In this document: piece by piece, positions 10,545 to 23,100 of the stretch
Numbering within the stretch: the stretch's first letter is position 1
Layout of the letters: every line of letters begins with the position of its first letter
DNA from: a virus
DNA length: 64,000 nucleotides
Reading direction: 5' to 3' (one strand)
Virus record (IMG/VR): IMGVR_UViG_3300047481_001036
Translations under genes and position numbers: made by a program
The notes under the pieces: model-generated
Seen by the model: only the letters and a program-made list of their open reading frames with translations
What the model was told of the DNA's origin: nothing
Database searches by the model: none

Positions 10545-13500
10545 TTAATTAAACCACGTTGGACCATTGTTAGGATTATCACACCACCAAGGAGTATTAT
10601 TACTATCTATTAAATCTTGATCGGTACATAAAGCAGCAACATCTGAATCTAATCTTAATGGTTTAGCATTAAATGAGCAACCATCTGATACGCAACTTAC
10701 ATGATCTTCATAAACAATAGCGTTAGGATTGTCCCATTGTGGTTGTAAATTGGTTCTTGGTACCACAAGAGTACCATTAGGAGCAACCTGACCAGACGTA
10801 TCCTCTTCTGTTGGTGCTGTTATGTTTGTAAATTTTCTTGGAGATCTAATAGTACCGTCACCAACTATGATATGATCAACGTATAACCATCCACTAACAC
10901 TTAAGTTGGCAAATAAAGAAGCGGGTTGTTTTGTAGTATTTTCTGTTCCAGATGCTACTAAAAACGGCTCGTTTCTTTTTACTGTAACCGCAGATGTTCC
11001 TCTGGTAGATAAAGTATCTACCGGAGAATAATAAGCGGCTTTATGCCATTCGTTTAAGTTAGGTAACCAATATTTTCTATATGAAGACTTAACTACATTA
11101 TATGATAAATCTCCAATATATAATACATTATATGCACCAATGTCAAGATTATAATCTATATTGTCTTCTAATAAATTTAAATTAGCTCCATTATGCAACC
11201 AGTTAATGAATCTAATACAACTAATATAATTCACAAATAATACTGGCTTATTGCTCATATTTGGTTTCGTAGTATACACATACTCATTATTATCGTCCGT
11301 TATTCTGAGTATACCTCCCTGAGAATCAGAACCCATTCTACTATCGTATAGTCCTCTGTCATTAATTTTTGCTACAGCATTTAAGAATATACAATATTGA
11401 TTATTAGTGATTTCATTGCGGCCTATTCTATAAGTGTTAGGAACTACCCCTAAATCATTAATAATAACTGGAGAATATGAATTATTAACTTTCAAATATG
11501 TTGTAGAGTCATCGGATCTGTTCTGAGGATCAGCAACACTAACAAAAGATAATCCTAGACCAGTAGTGCTGATAATGTTGGCAGAGTCCGTGATATTGAA
11601 TAAAGAAGCGATTCTAAAACCTACATAATTATATCCCGAACCGCGGACCAGCGATTCTATATGTTTAAGACCACTAGGTCCAATCGGAGCAGAACCGCCA
11701 GTAGCCAGAGGAGTTAGGTATGAGCCTCCACAAACAAACTCTTCTATGTCTCTAGATTCTATTACGGAAGGCTTATCTACCCACTCAGAAGCATTACCAT
11801 TTTGGTCATAAGTACCGTAATAAGAAGGTCTACCATTTGATCCTACATCAGAAACTATACCACTAAATAAATTAGTATTATTATAGTTATAGTTAAAATT
11901 AGCAGAAGAGAATGTGTTGGATAGTCCTATGCCGCTAGAATTAATGATAATTGGAAAAACATCAGATTCTGTGGTTGCAAAAGGGGCGTATTCTCCTGAC
12001 TGAAAACTTAATCTTCCAATATTTGCTTTAATATTTAGGGCTGGCTGAGGATCAATACCATATATAGTAAAATCAATATCTTTTCGTCTAGTATTAAAAA
12101 CAGTATTAGTTAATGGTCTTATGCTAAGAATATTTTCACTGGCATCGGAAATAATTCCATTATCAACCTTTTTACTTATTGACAAAAAACCAGCTTGCGT
12201 AATAGACAAGACAGTAACTTCTGCCACAGTAGTTTGAGTAACAATTTGATCTAGTAATAAACCTGTAATTTGATCAGATGAGGAATCTATTCCTACTATT
12301 CTACGATAAAAATTACCATCATATGAAGTAATAACAACTTGATCTCCCACTACGAATTCGGTAGATGATACCGGATTATCAAACGTTATTTGTCTCAAAC
12401 AGACAGATGCTGATCTAGGATTATATTTATTCCATATAATGTCTTCTTCGGTTAAAAAATAATCATCTAAATTATAGATACCTGTAATAGCGCCATTTGT
12501 AGTTGTAGTTAAGAATCTATTAGCGGGAATTGGTAATGAGATAGTGCCCAAACTATTTGCTGATAAGGTATTACTGCCTACAATCTGATTGTCACTATCT
12601 ACAACTAATATGCTGCTTGGTGCTATATTAGGCACTACCATTGTGGTAGACTGAATATTAGATGATGATATTGAGTTAGCAATTAATGATCCTGGTATAT
12701 TAGTATTAGACTGACCACTACCAATAGAAATATTAGATCCTTGAAGAGAAATAGTATTACTATTTATTGTTGTTGAACTAGTTCCTAAATTAATGCTATT
12801 AGACGCATTTTTAAGTTGTACAACATTAGTATTGCTATTAATAGATAAATTAATACCACTATATCCCACTTTAACAGAACTAGGGTCGGCAGCTAGTATA
12901 TTAATACCGGTATTATTAGATCTAATATTTATATCAAAAGCGCCCTTTGGGTTATTTAGATCTACGGCCCTAGCTTCTAAAGATACATAGTCTATTTTAT
13001 TATTATTGCCATCTTTAGCCGCTAAATTTATTTGTCCTACAACACTATTAGGTAATATAGTAGTTGACGGCTTGTGATATAGTGTCATATTTGCTGGATG
13101 ACAACTATTACGATTTTCTAGTCTAAAACCTTCTTGGCATATATTATTTACAACGTGAAAAATAGTTGATGGTCTAGCACCAGAAGGTATGTTAATGCCT
13201 AGTCTGCCATCGTAGGCAAAAAAGAGATTTCTGTTGCCACTACCATAAACTATAAAATCTCCATTGCTTTTGCTATTATTAAATACCGTATTACCAGAGG
13301 AGGGAAGTATCACATTTGCATCAGCAATACTATCACTGCCAATAAGCATTTGACTATTTAAAGAATCCCAATAAGCTTCTGATCCTAATAAATCATTACC
13401 ACTTTTATATTGTAGAGATTGATCGTCTCCTTGAGGGCTGCTCATGGTTTGCAACACAGTTTCAGAGCCATCAAATAACGACTGTGTTCCAACTACAATA

Positions 13501-14114
13501 TTCGATTCTGTTTGACGATCTACAATTATCCATTGTTTGCCATCACTAGCAATCTTTATATATTCATTAAGCGTCAAATTTGCTACAACACTATTATTAG
13601 AATCTCTAACTAATAGATGATGATTTCCCGATCCTATAACTTTACATTCTACTACAATATTAGATGCTATAGAAGCAGAAGGTAATGACAGATTAATGTC
13701 TTGATTGGTGCAGTCTGCTAGGTAGAGGGCTTTAACTGAGTTAGCTTTATAATCTTTATCTAATACAACGGTATTATGTATAGAGGCGTCAAAAATTTGT
13801 TGATTAGCAAATAAGTAAAACTCATTTTTGTCTGATGTATTATCAAAATTAATAGGACTATTATTATTGGAGCTATAAACTATATTTAATCTAGAGACAA
13901 CTATGTCTCCTTCATTATTTAATTTGACTTCCCCAACTCCGGTCTCTATTTGTTGATTTTGAACATTACGGGCTAAATAAGGGATATAATATCCAATATG
14001 ATTATGAGATAAATAATTAAATCCGCTAATAATAGCGTGTTTAGTAAAACTATTATTTTTAGTTATAAATGTAAAACCAATATTATCAAATATTTTTGTA
14101 ATTTTATTAGACAT
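10545..14114 (-). CDS. Tail/receptor-binding protein with circularly permuted FGE-sulfatase (SUMF1/CLec-fold) domain
   Basis: YGTYDQNGNASEW...GGS...GFRIAS followed by YRIGRNEITNNQY...KPVLFV...WLPNLNEWHKAAYY. Confidence 0.75.
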   Translation of the reverse strand: MSNKITKIFDNIGFTFITKNNSFTKHAIISGFNYLSHNHIGYYIPYLARNVQNQQIETGVGEVKLNNEGDIVVSRLNIVYSSNNNSPINFDNTSDKNEFYLFANQQIFDASIHNTVVLDKDYKANSVKALYLADCTNQDINLSLPSASIASNIVVECKVIGSGNHHLLVRDSNNSVVANLTLNEYIKIASDGKQWIIVDRQTESNIVVGTQSLFDGSETVLQTMSSPQGDDQSLQYKSGNDLLGSEAYWDSLNSQMLIGSDSIADANVILPSSGNTVFNNSKSNGDFIVYGSGNRNLFFAYDGRLGINIPSGARPSTIFHVVNNICQEGFRLENRNSCHPANMTLYHKPSTTILPNSVVGQINLAAKDGNNNKIDYVSLEARAVDLNNPKGAFDINIRSNNTGINILAADPSSVKVGYSGINLSINSNTNVVQLKNASNSINLGTSSTTINSNTISLQGSNISIGSGQSNTNIPGSLIANSISSSNIQSTTMVVPNIAPSSILVVDSDNQIVGSNTLSANSLGTISLPIPANRFLTTTTNGAITGIYNLDDYFLTEEDIIWNKYNPRSASVCLRQITFDNPVSSTEFVVGDQVVITSYDGNFYRRIVGIDSSSDQITGLLLDQIVTQTTVAEVTVLSITQAGFLSISKKVDNGIISDASENILSIRPLTNTVFNTRRKDIDFTIYGIDPQPALNIKANIGRLSFQSGEYAPFATTESDVFPIIINSSGIGLSNTFSSANFNYNYNNTNLFSGIVSDVGSNGRPSYYGTYDQNGNASEWVDKPSVIESRDIEEFVCGGSYLTPLATGGSAPIGPSGLKHIESLVRGSGYNYVGFRIASLFNITDSANIISTTGLGLSFVSVADPQNRSDDSTTYLKVNNSYSPVIINDLGVVPNTYRIGRNEITNNQYCIFLNAVAKINDRGLYDSRMGSDSQGGILRITDDNNEYVYTTKPNMSNKPVLFVNYISCIRFINWLHNGANLNLLEDNIDYNLDIGAYNVLYIGDLSYNVVKSSYRKYWLPNLNEWHKAAYYSPVDTLSTRGTSAVTVKRNEPFLVASGTENTTKQPASLFANLSVSGWLYVDHIIVGDGTIRSPRKFTNITAPTEEDTSGQVAPNGTLVVPRTNLQPQWDNPNAIVYEDHVSCVSDGCSFNAKPLRLDSDVAALCTDQDLIDSNNTPWWCDNPNNGPTWFN

Positions 14115-17100
14115 TATGCCATTCCCATTATTTTAGATGAATCTGGACCAAATACGCCAGCGTCTAGATTACCCACACCCTTATTTACTCTTTGAAAAGC
14201 ATTATTCATTTGATTTTTTGTATTTTCAGCCATTGTTGGTCCTAGAGTATTTAATACATTATTTGCTGCTTCTAGACCATTAAATCTATGGTCTGTTTCA
14301 ACTCTACCGGTAAACTTAACTTCTGGTGCAAACTGGTTTAACTCTGTGCCAACTTGAGCTAGATTTGATGAAGCTCCTGTCATGCCATCTACTACGGTTT
14401 GTCCAATACTACCGAAATTACCAATGGCTTCATTAAACATGGAGGCTACTTCTTTAACTTGTGAAATTTGGCCAACAATATTGCTTAATCCAGCCATAGC
14501 AGCATTTATAGCATTCCCAATATCAGTAGATACACCACTATTAGCTGAGCCCGTATTAGTAACTTGACCTCCTTCTTGATAATATTTAGGAGGACTAACT
14601 AAACCACCATTAGCCAAATATTGTACAATACCACCACGATTATAATAGCCATTATTAATAGCATTTAATACTGGCATGTGTTGTTGAGCGGCTTGTCTAT
14701 TGACTACAAATTCGCCCGGAGTTAGCATAGCAGGAACAGTATCGGTGCCTTGTCTAGCAGCTATTAAGGCTCCATTATTAGCATAAACTATACCTCCCTT
14801 ATTCATTTTAGCTGCTGGAGAAGGATTAATGTCTGGTCTTCTTCGTTTGAGTGTTTTTTTACTAAACTTAGTTCCTCTGATCCAGGCTTCCATCAGATCG
14901 TCGTGAGTATATCCCATTTTAAGTCCCAAATTATATCGTTCTAAAGCAGCTGGATCAGAAGCCAATTCTATGATCTTATTCAATTTTGTCTGTAAACTAG
15001 GATCTAGTTCCCTATTAGAAGGTAAATCTGGATGTAACCACTTACTGCCTTGTCGTTGTAATGTTCTAACATCATCAGGACTAATAGACTGTCCTGCTTT
15101 AGCTCCAACTATATCATATATAGTAGCTTGCTTTTCTGATAATTGTGATATTAGAGATTCTCTTGTTCTATTTTCCTGTTTAGGAGATGAACTACTAGCA
15201 TTGATTTGCGCCTGCTCTTTAGCCTTAGCAGCAGATGCTTCTTGTTGTTGTTTTAATTTATTCTCTTGTGCTTGTTTTAATTGTGCTTCTTCAATTTGTT
15301 TTTGTTTTGTAGCTGCTTCTGCTCTCTGTTTTGCTTCTGATGCTTGTTGTTGTTTTAATTGTTCTGCTTTGATTCTTTGCTCATCTAATGACTTTTGTTT
15401 AGCTATTGATTCGGCTCTTTGTTCAGCTTCTTTTTTGGCTGTTTTAGCTGATTCCGCCGCTCTAGTTGCTTTCTTTTGTGTCTCTGCCGATTCTGCTGCT
15501 TCTTTAGCCCTAGCTCTAGCAGCGTTGGCTTGTAGTGGATCTACTAAATCATCAGATGATGTTTTTGCACTACTTCGTGTAGGATTAGTAGAAGAAGCAA
15601 CACTGTCTACTTTACCGGTAGCAAAAAACGGATCCCCAACAGTACCTGTCGGTGGATTGTAGTTTACTCCTCCTGGCTGTCTCATAGAGTCTAGTTGTGC
15701 TTTAGTTGAGGAGTCTGATACCACCTGACCTGATCTTGGTGGTACAGTAAACGGGTCTTCTTTTGTTCCTAGTCCTCTGATACCTTTTTGAGATCTCAGA
15801 ACTTCTGATACTTTGGTAGGATCTCCTCCTGTTAGCTGTGAATACATTTTAGCTTTAGCCATATCTGCTTCTCTCATCTTCATGGCTTTTTCTAAAATTT
15901 CTTTACGGTGATATTTCATAGCTGCTTCGGGAGATAGCTTGCCTCCAGCAATAGATTTACGAGCACTATCAAAATAGTCGTCAATAGATCCAATATTACC
16001 ATAGGCTACATCGATATCTGCCCTAGCTGGTCCTCGTAAAAATACACTATCTTTTACAGCATTAAATGTTCCAATCATATCTTTCCCAAAGTCCGTATCT
16101 GCCATAGATTTAACACCTTTAGCAGCTTTACCTCTAATGAATCCCAGACCAGAAGATAGCATATCAGATACCGGGGCGGTGAAAGAGGACAGTCTTCCTC
16201 CTGTGACTCTATTACCTATAGAACCTAGTGCTTTACCAGCGAAGCTGGTTACTGTTCCAGGAGAAGTAGCTAAATTATCTAGTGCGCTAAATGCTCTTGC
16301 TGATTTTTCTAAAATTCCAGCACCAGGAGCTGGATTAGTTAAGCCTGCTACGGCAGGAGCTAGTTGACTAGCAACATAGCCTGTATTTTGAAAAAATCTA
16401 GTAGCTCCGCCATATGGTCCTGCTTGCTGTACTCTTTCATCATCGCCTTGATGTAACCATGTTTTATCTCCCGTCATAATTGGGCCTTGACCGGCTACGG
16501 CCTGAGCCGCTTCAACGGCTGTATATGCTCCTTGTGCCATGGCGTTAAGTCCTACAGAAGCTGCCGCTGCTGTTGATGATTCTCCTTTATAATCTGATGC
16601 TTGAGCTTGTGCTAAAGCAGCATTTTGGTCTGATCCCTGTGGTCCCAATACTCCCATAGCTGCTTGTTTTTCTTGAATAGCTCTGGTTTGAGCTGCTAAT
16701 TTTTCTCCTCTGGCAACTTCTTCTGCACTGTTGCCAGCGAAATATCCAATAACCGGACTAGCAGCAACTGTAGCTGCACCGGCCACAACATTAGCAGCAC
16801 CATAAGCCATTTCTCCGGTGGCTTGACCCAACCCACCCAGATAACCTAGACCAGCCGTCAATGGATTGCTACTATTAATCCATAAACTATCTTGCTTAGC
16901 TTTTGCTTCTTGTGCTACTTTAGCTTGTTGCGCAGCAGCTTGTTCTGCTTGTCTCTTTTCCGCATCTGCTTTAGCTTGTGCTGCTTTTTGTTCTGCTGCT
17001 TGTTGAGCCGCTGCGGCTTGAGCTTCAGCTTTGGCAGCAGCATCTTTATCTGATGCGTATTTATCAATACTCTTATCAGCCATTGCGGCATTTAGAGTAT

Positions 17101-20100
17101 TTTGTCTAACTGTTGATGCTAGTGACTCGTTAGATCGTACAATAGAACCCTTGGTCTGATCTAGTGCTGCTTGTGTTTTTGTACTACTAGTAAACGATGC
17201 TGCTCTTTCTTCTAGTTTAGCTGCTTGGTTTCTATATTCCTCAATAGTTTTGGTACTATCTACATTTTTGATACCAGCCAAGTTATCTGCCGCTTGTCTA
17301 TAAGCCGCTGCCTGATTCTTAATCTGTGTTATATTATCTTCGGAAAGTCGTGAATCTACAGGATCAACAAAGGTAAATACTTTATCGTTAATATCTTTTT
17401 GAGCAGCTCCTAGCTGTTGACCAAAGTCCTCATTGATCAGGGCGGCGACAGTTGTGTCTCGTTTTTTAGCTTCATCTTTTTGTGCTTGTCTTTGTTGCTT
17501 AAATTCTTCATTAAACTCACCGGTTTTAGCATCAGTATTCTTCTTAATGAATTCACTAGCATCTTTTTCGTACTTAAGGGCAAGTCGATCTTTTTCTTCT
17601 TGTTTAACTACTCCCTCCTGTTGTTCTGCCCAGAATTTACCTAAAGCAGCAGTATCTTTGATTCCTGCTTCCATATTAGTAGACAAGAAATTCTCAAATT
17701 GGGCGGTCTGTCTTTGTTCTTCTATCTTTGATAGGTTCTTTTGATCAATGCCGTATTGTACACTGGTTTTATAAGCTTCTGCTGTGGTTTTTGCACGATC
17801 TAGGGTCTTGGTATTATTCTCTGCTGCTCTTTCAGCGTCAGATAAAGTTTTACCGAATGCTTCTTCTCTTTGTTTAACTTCGGCAATAACTGCTTTTCGT
17901 CTGTCTCGTTGCTGTGTTTCATAATCGAATAGAAAATCAGAATCGGCTTGAGACAACGAATCAGGGTCTTTTTTAGACAATACGTCGAAACGCTTATCGT
18001 CTCTTGCGTATTGTTTTTGTTTTTCTTGTTCTACAAACTGATCCGCAGTAATACTACTAGAAATTCTACCTTTAGCTAAATCATCTTCATACTTTAGCTG
18101 TAAATATCTATTCTGTTGATCTGGTGTTCTTTGTGCCTGGGGAATATTTGCTAATGATCTTCTGGCTGCGTCTCTAGATGCTATTGATGTGCGAGATAGT
18201 GCTGTCGCAGATTCTGATGAGCTGGTTGGGGCATATTGAGGCATAGTGGCTGGCCTAGATCCATCCGCAGTCGGAGGCATAGTAGTCGATGACTTTTCAT
18301 CTTTACTAGCTTCTCGCATTTTTGTCTGTTGATCATACTCTGCCTGTGATGCCGCTGCATAAGCGGCTTGTGATCTGTCTCTCTCTTGTCTGAAAAAACT
18401 AAGTCGATGTTCACTAGTAAATCTATCACTACTCCATAAACCCGTAGCTTCATCTGCTTTTCCTTTTTCAGCAACATAAGCGTCTCTTCTCGCTGTGTAA
18501 TCCTGGTCTAGTTGTTGAAATCTAGGTAAATTCTTCTGTGTCTCAGCATTCTGTTGCTCCTCCGTCATACTGCTCCATTTAGATCCAAATTGTTCTTCTG
18601 TCCATTGTCTAGCAGATGTGTCTACCATAGCCCCATTGGTAATAAACATCTGTTCTTGATCTGCTGCAATCCTTTCATTTTGTAGTCTAACTAACTCTTG
18701 TTGATCTGCTGGAGAAACCCCATTGTTAGCTACCTGCTCCTCTTTCTTTGGTTGTCCACCACTAGCCAAATAAACCACACCGCCCTTACTCATGGTTTTT
18801 GATACCATAGCATCAGATCCACTATTAATAGCCTTCAATAGTGGTAGGTGTTGAGCAGTAGATCTAGCATTAACAACGAATTCTCCGGGAGTCAACATCG
18901 CTGGAACCGTGTCAGTTCCTTTAGGAGCAAAATCTATTAATTTACCCGTACTAGCATATACAGTATCAGATTTTAAAGAATCTATTCCCCAGATTCTATT
19001 ACGTTCCGCTTTAGCTGCTACGATACTCATTAAGATTCTTAATGCATTCTGTAGTTGTGCATCAGAGTAGCTTGATGTATTTTGACCACTATCTAAAACA
19101 GATTGAATTTGTTGTATAATTTCTAGGATTGATGCTCGTTGTCTTTGTGACGGTTCTCGTAGCGTTCCTGAACTTAAAAGTTCATTTTCTAAACCTTCTC
19201 TAATTTTAGGATTATATCTATTTAGATAAGCCTGTTGTCTTTCAAAAGCAATCTCATCAATAGTCATACCACGAGCCACGCCTTCTCTATACATACCAAC
19301 TTCTGCCATATTTCTAGGTCCACGCATAACAGGTATTGTAGCAAGAGTTTGATTAATTTGTTCGTTAGATGCTCCTTGACTCCTCATACTGGATGCTAGT
19401 CTTCTTCTATCTCTATCAGTCATAGGAGTATTCATAGCTCGTACAATAGGTCGAGCCTCCTCCATATGAGCATTTATTGCTGCTTCGTTTCTAGCAATAG
19501 GAGATGCTGGAGAGAGAGACAAATTCATAGCACTAGTTGTGGTAACTTCCTCTGCTCCAGGAATACCGTCTATCGAAATTGGTCTTGTTGTTCTTCTTTC
19601 TGAGTAACCTATATTCTTATAAGGACCTTCATTACCGAATCTCATAGCCTCTAAATTATAAGCAGATGATTCGTATTTGTTGATATCAGATGGATCCTTA
19701 TAGATCTGTTCGGCCCTAATACTTCCGTCTATTTTCTTACCAGATTTGTCCCTAAACATACCAGTAGGATCAGCTATATAAGTAGCACCATCTCTAGTAG
19801 TATATGTTTTGCCCATACCTTGATTAAAAGCAAAATTGAATCTCTGATCAACTAATTCTCTAGTATTATTTAGTCTACGAGCCCCCATTTCTGTATCTGC
19901 TGCTTTTGCTGCTGCTTCTGCTTGATCTCTTCTTTGGCGAATATAACTATCTACTTGTTCTTCTGTAGCAATACCATCTGCGCGCCCGCTAGCTGCTCGT
20001 CTAACTTCCATGTCTTCTGGCGTTAGTGTTTTTTCTCCGGTAGCTATTTGTCTATCTTCTTCCAAGCTTCGTCTAACACTTAATTTATCTGCTTCTAATT

Positions 20101-23100
20101 GTTGACTAGGAGTTCTATAGTCCATACCCTTAGCTTCTCGCTCTTCATATTGTTTTCTTAAAGAGTAAGCCTGATTAGATGCTTTAATAGACTGTTCTCG
20201 ACGATCCTGAATATTTTTATCTATTTGTTCTTGAGATAGTGCTCCTGCTCCAAGATTATCGGGGTCTGCTCCATATCTCCATGTTTGTTTAGTATTAAAG
20301 GCAGAGCGAGCCTGATCCATAAATGGTGCGACCTTCGCTTGTCTTTCTTCTGGAGACATATTAAGCCATTCTATCCTATCTTGATTCATCACATAATCAT
20401 TAGCTGCTTGTTCTGGTGTTGTGGCATCAGAAGACAGGAACGAATATTCGCGATCAGCGTTACCGGCAGCGCTCTCAGCAGCATCTAACTGTTGTTTAAG
20501 AGCTTCTTTACCTCCTCCTGTTAAGTATGCTTGATTAGCTTCTGTTACTCTCTGATCAAAAAAGGTTTGGTCTTGATCTAAAGTTTTATCCTTTCTAAGC
20601 GAATTGGCTAACCATCCTCCACGACTTAAGTAAACCAATCCTCCCTTTCTCATAATTGTTGGCACTATATTAGATCCACTATTAATAGACTTTAATAATG
20701 GCAGATGTTGTGCTGTAGATCTTGCATTAACTACAAATTCTCCAGGAGTCAACATTGCTGGTACAGTATCTGATCCTCTAGGAGAAAAATCAACTAAAGC
20801 TCCCTTAGAAGCTCTCATAGGTTGAGATGGTCTAGGCAATCCAAAGTTTAAAGCTACCATCTCTTGACCAGCAGCATTTTGTTTAGCATTAGCTACTTTG
20901 CCATCTAAGCCCATATTAGCATTAATAGTATCAGTTAAGTTTTTAATACTTAAATTTAAATCATCAGTAGCAGTAGTTAGCAATCTTTGAGCATTAGCTA
21001 GTTCTAAACGGCCTTGTTCTTCTGTGGCTTTAGCTTGTAAGCCAACAGTTTGTAAAAACTGCTCAGCAGCTCTTTTCATAGCAGGATCGGCATTAGGATC
21101 TAATTTGGCTGCTATTGCTTGTTGAACCATAGGATTGCGACTCATTCCACTCTCTACGGCCATTTGCCTCATAAGAGTAGCTTCTTGCTGTCTAAATCTT
21201 TGATCAATTTGCTGATCAGACATGCCCTGATTCTTCATATTTAATGTGAGCATAGCTCTAAAACCAGGATCTTGCATTAGTCCTAATGTTTCTTTACGCT
21301 GGTTGGCTAATACAGTATTACCTGCTTTGGAAGCTTCTCTGACACTACCTGTGCGTCGTAATGTTTCATTAAATGCTTTACGCGCATCTCTCTGGTTATC
21401 CGGATTATTTAATCCACCAGATAGATTTCTTTGTAATCTAATCATTGCCTTATTAAGATTTTCCATCTCTTCAGGCGTACCAGTTAATAACTTATTCACA
21501 AAGTCTTCACGACCTTGTTGTAATCCTTTGATATTCTTAACTTCATCTAAAGCTTTTTGTGCCAACTCAGCACTATCTGCTAATTTATCTAATGCTTCTC
21601 TATTATTATTAAGAGCAGTATTAGTAGCAGTTAAATTTGTCGTTAGTTTTTTGGCTTCGTCAACATCTCCGGCATCATTAGCTTTTTTAAGATCCTCTTG
21701 CTGTTGTTGTCTTTGTTGTTCTAGATTTTGTATATTTTGACGAATAGCTGTTGGATCGGTAATACCACCTGTTAGATCTCCTACTTCTTGATCAAATCTA
21801 GCCTTGGCTTCTTCAAAGCTTTCTCCCACACCAGTTTGTGCTTCTCTAAGATCCATCTTTCCGCGATATCTAATCTTATCAGCGCTCTTAAAATAATTTT
21901 CAGCTAATTTAGCTGCTTTTGCTGCTTCTTGAACATTTTCGATGAATTGATTAAATGCTCTTTGTCTTTCTTTTAGTAGAGCTGCTGATTCTGATACTGC
22001 TCGCGCTCCAATTTCTCCTAAAGACTTGCTTGTATCTCTAATAGATTCTATAAACTTATCTAAGGCTTCTTGAGGATTACCTCCTGACTCTTCCATATCC
22101 TTACTAAGTTGCTGTTGACTAGACTTAATATTGCCTTCTAATTGTTTTATTAATTGATTAGTAATTTCTGGTGGTAAATTAAGACTTTTTATCTCTTCTG
22201 TACCTTTTGTGATAGCGATCTTAGCAGCCTCTTCTGGACTTAATCCAGCATTACCCTTAAGTTCTTGAGCAATAGCATTGGTCATTTTATCAGGAAGTTC
22301 CACAGAAGCTATAGCGGCTCCTCGTAGCATTTGACCTTGTTTGCCACCTAGCATATTCGCAGCACTATCAGCTGCTTCTCTAAACGCTTTAGGATCATTT
22401 TTATAGGCTAGTGGATTTTCTAATACATTAATAGCTTTTGAATCAAGCTGTTCAATACTAGCATTTCCTCTAAGAGCATTCACACTAGATTGAGCAGCTT
22501 GTTGTCTAGCTTTGGACTCAAATTGTATTCTATTAATAGATTGACCAATAGTATCATATAATTGATTAAAGCTAAGAGCTAGTTGTCTACCAGCCCTATT
22601 AGCCTCTTCCATTGCTTTAGCTAATTCTATAGATTTTTTAGCGGCTTGGATAGAAGCATTGTTTTTAATCATCTCAGAAATAATAGCTTCTCTATTTGCT
22701 TTAACTTCGTCAGCGGCTGCTTCATTGCCTGATTTTCGTAATTCTTCCTCTCTGGCCATTAAAGGTAGTATTTTTTCTAATGCTTGTCTATCAGATCCTA
22801 TTATAGCCATTCTTTCATTAGCATATTCTGGTGCTGTTGCTAAATCTTTTCCTTCTTGACCGCTTAAAGCAACCCCAGAACGAAGAGCACGTTCAATACT
22901 CATCATTGCTGCTCTATTGGCTTCTTGATATTTTGGAGCCATATCTTTGGCCATAGTCTCATAATCTTTACCAGTTAAAGAAAAACTGTTAATTGACTCT
23001 GGCTTAAATGTAGTATCTCCATATCCTAACAAAGGGGCAATAAAACTAGATTCTCCAGCCCACTCCATCAAAGTTCTTTCTGATTTTGTACGCTCTATAA

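Noticed and set aside
10545-14114. Diversity-generating retroelement targeting the FGE domain
   Set aside because: No reverse transcriptase and no TR/VR pair seen in the window
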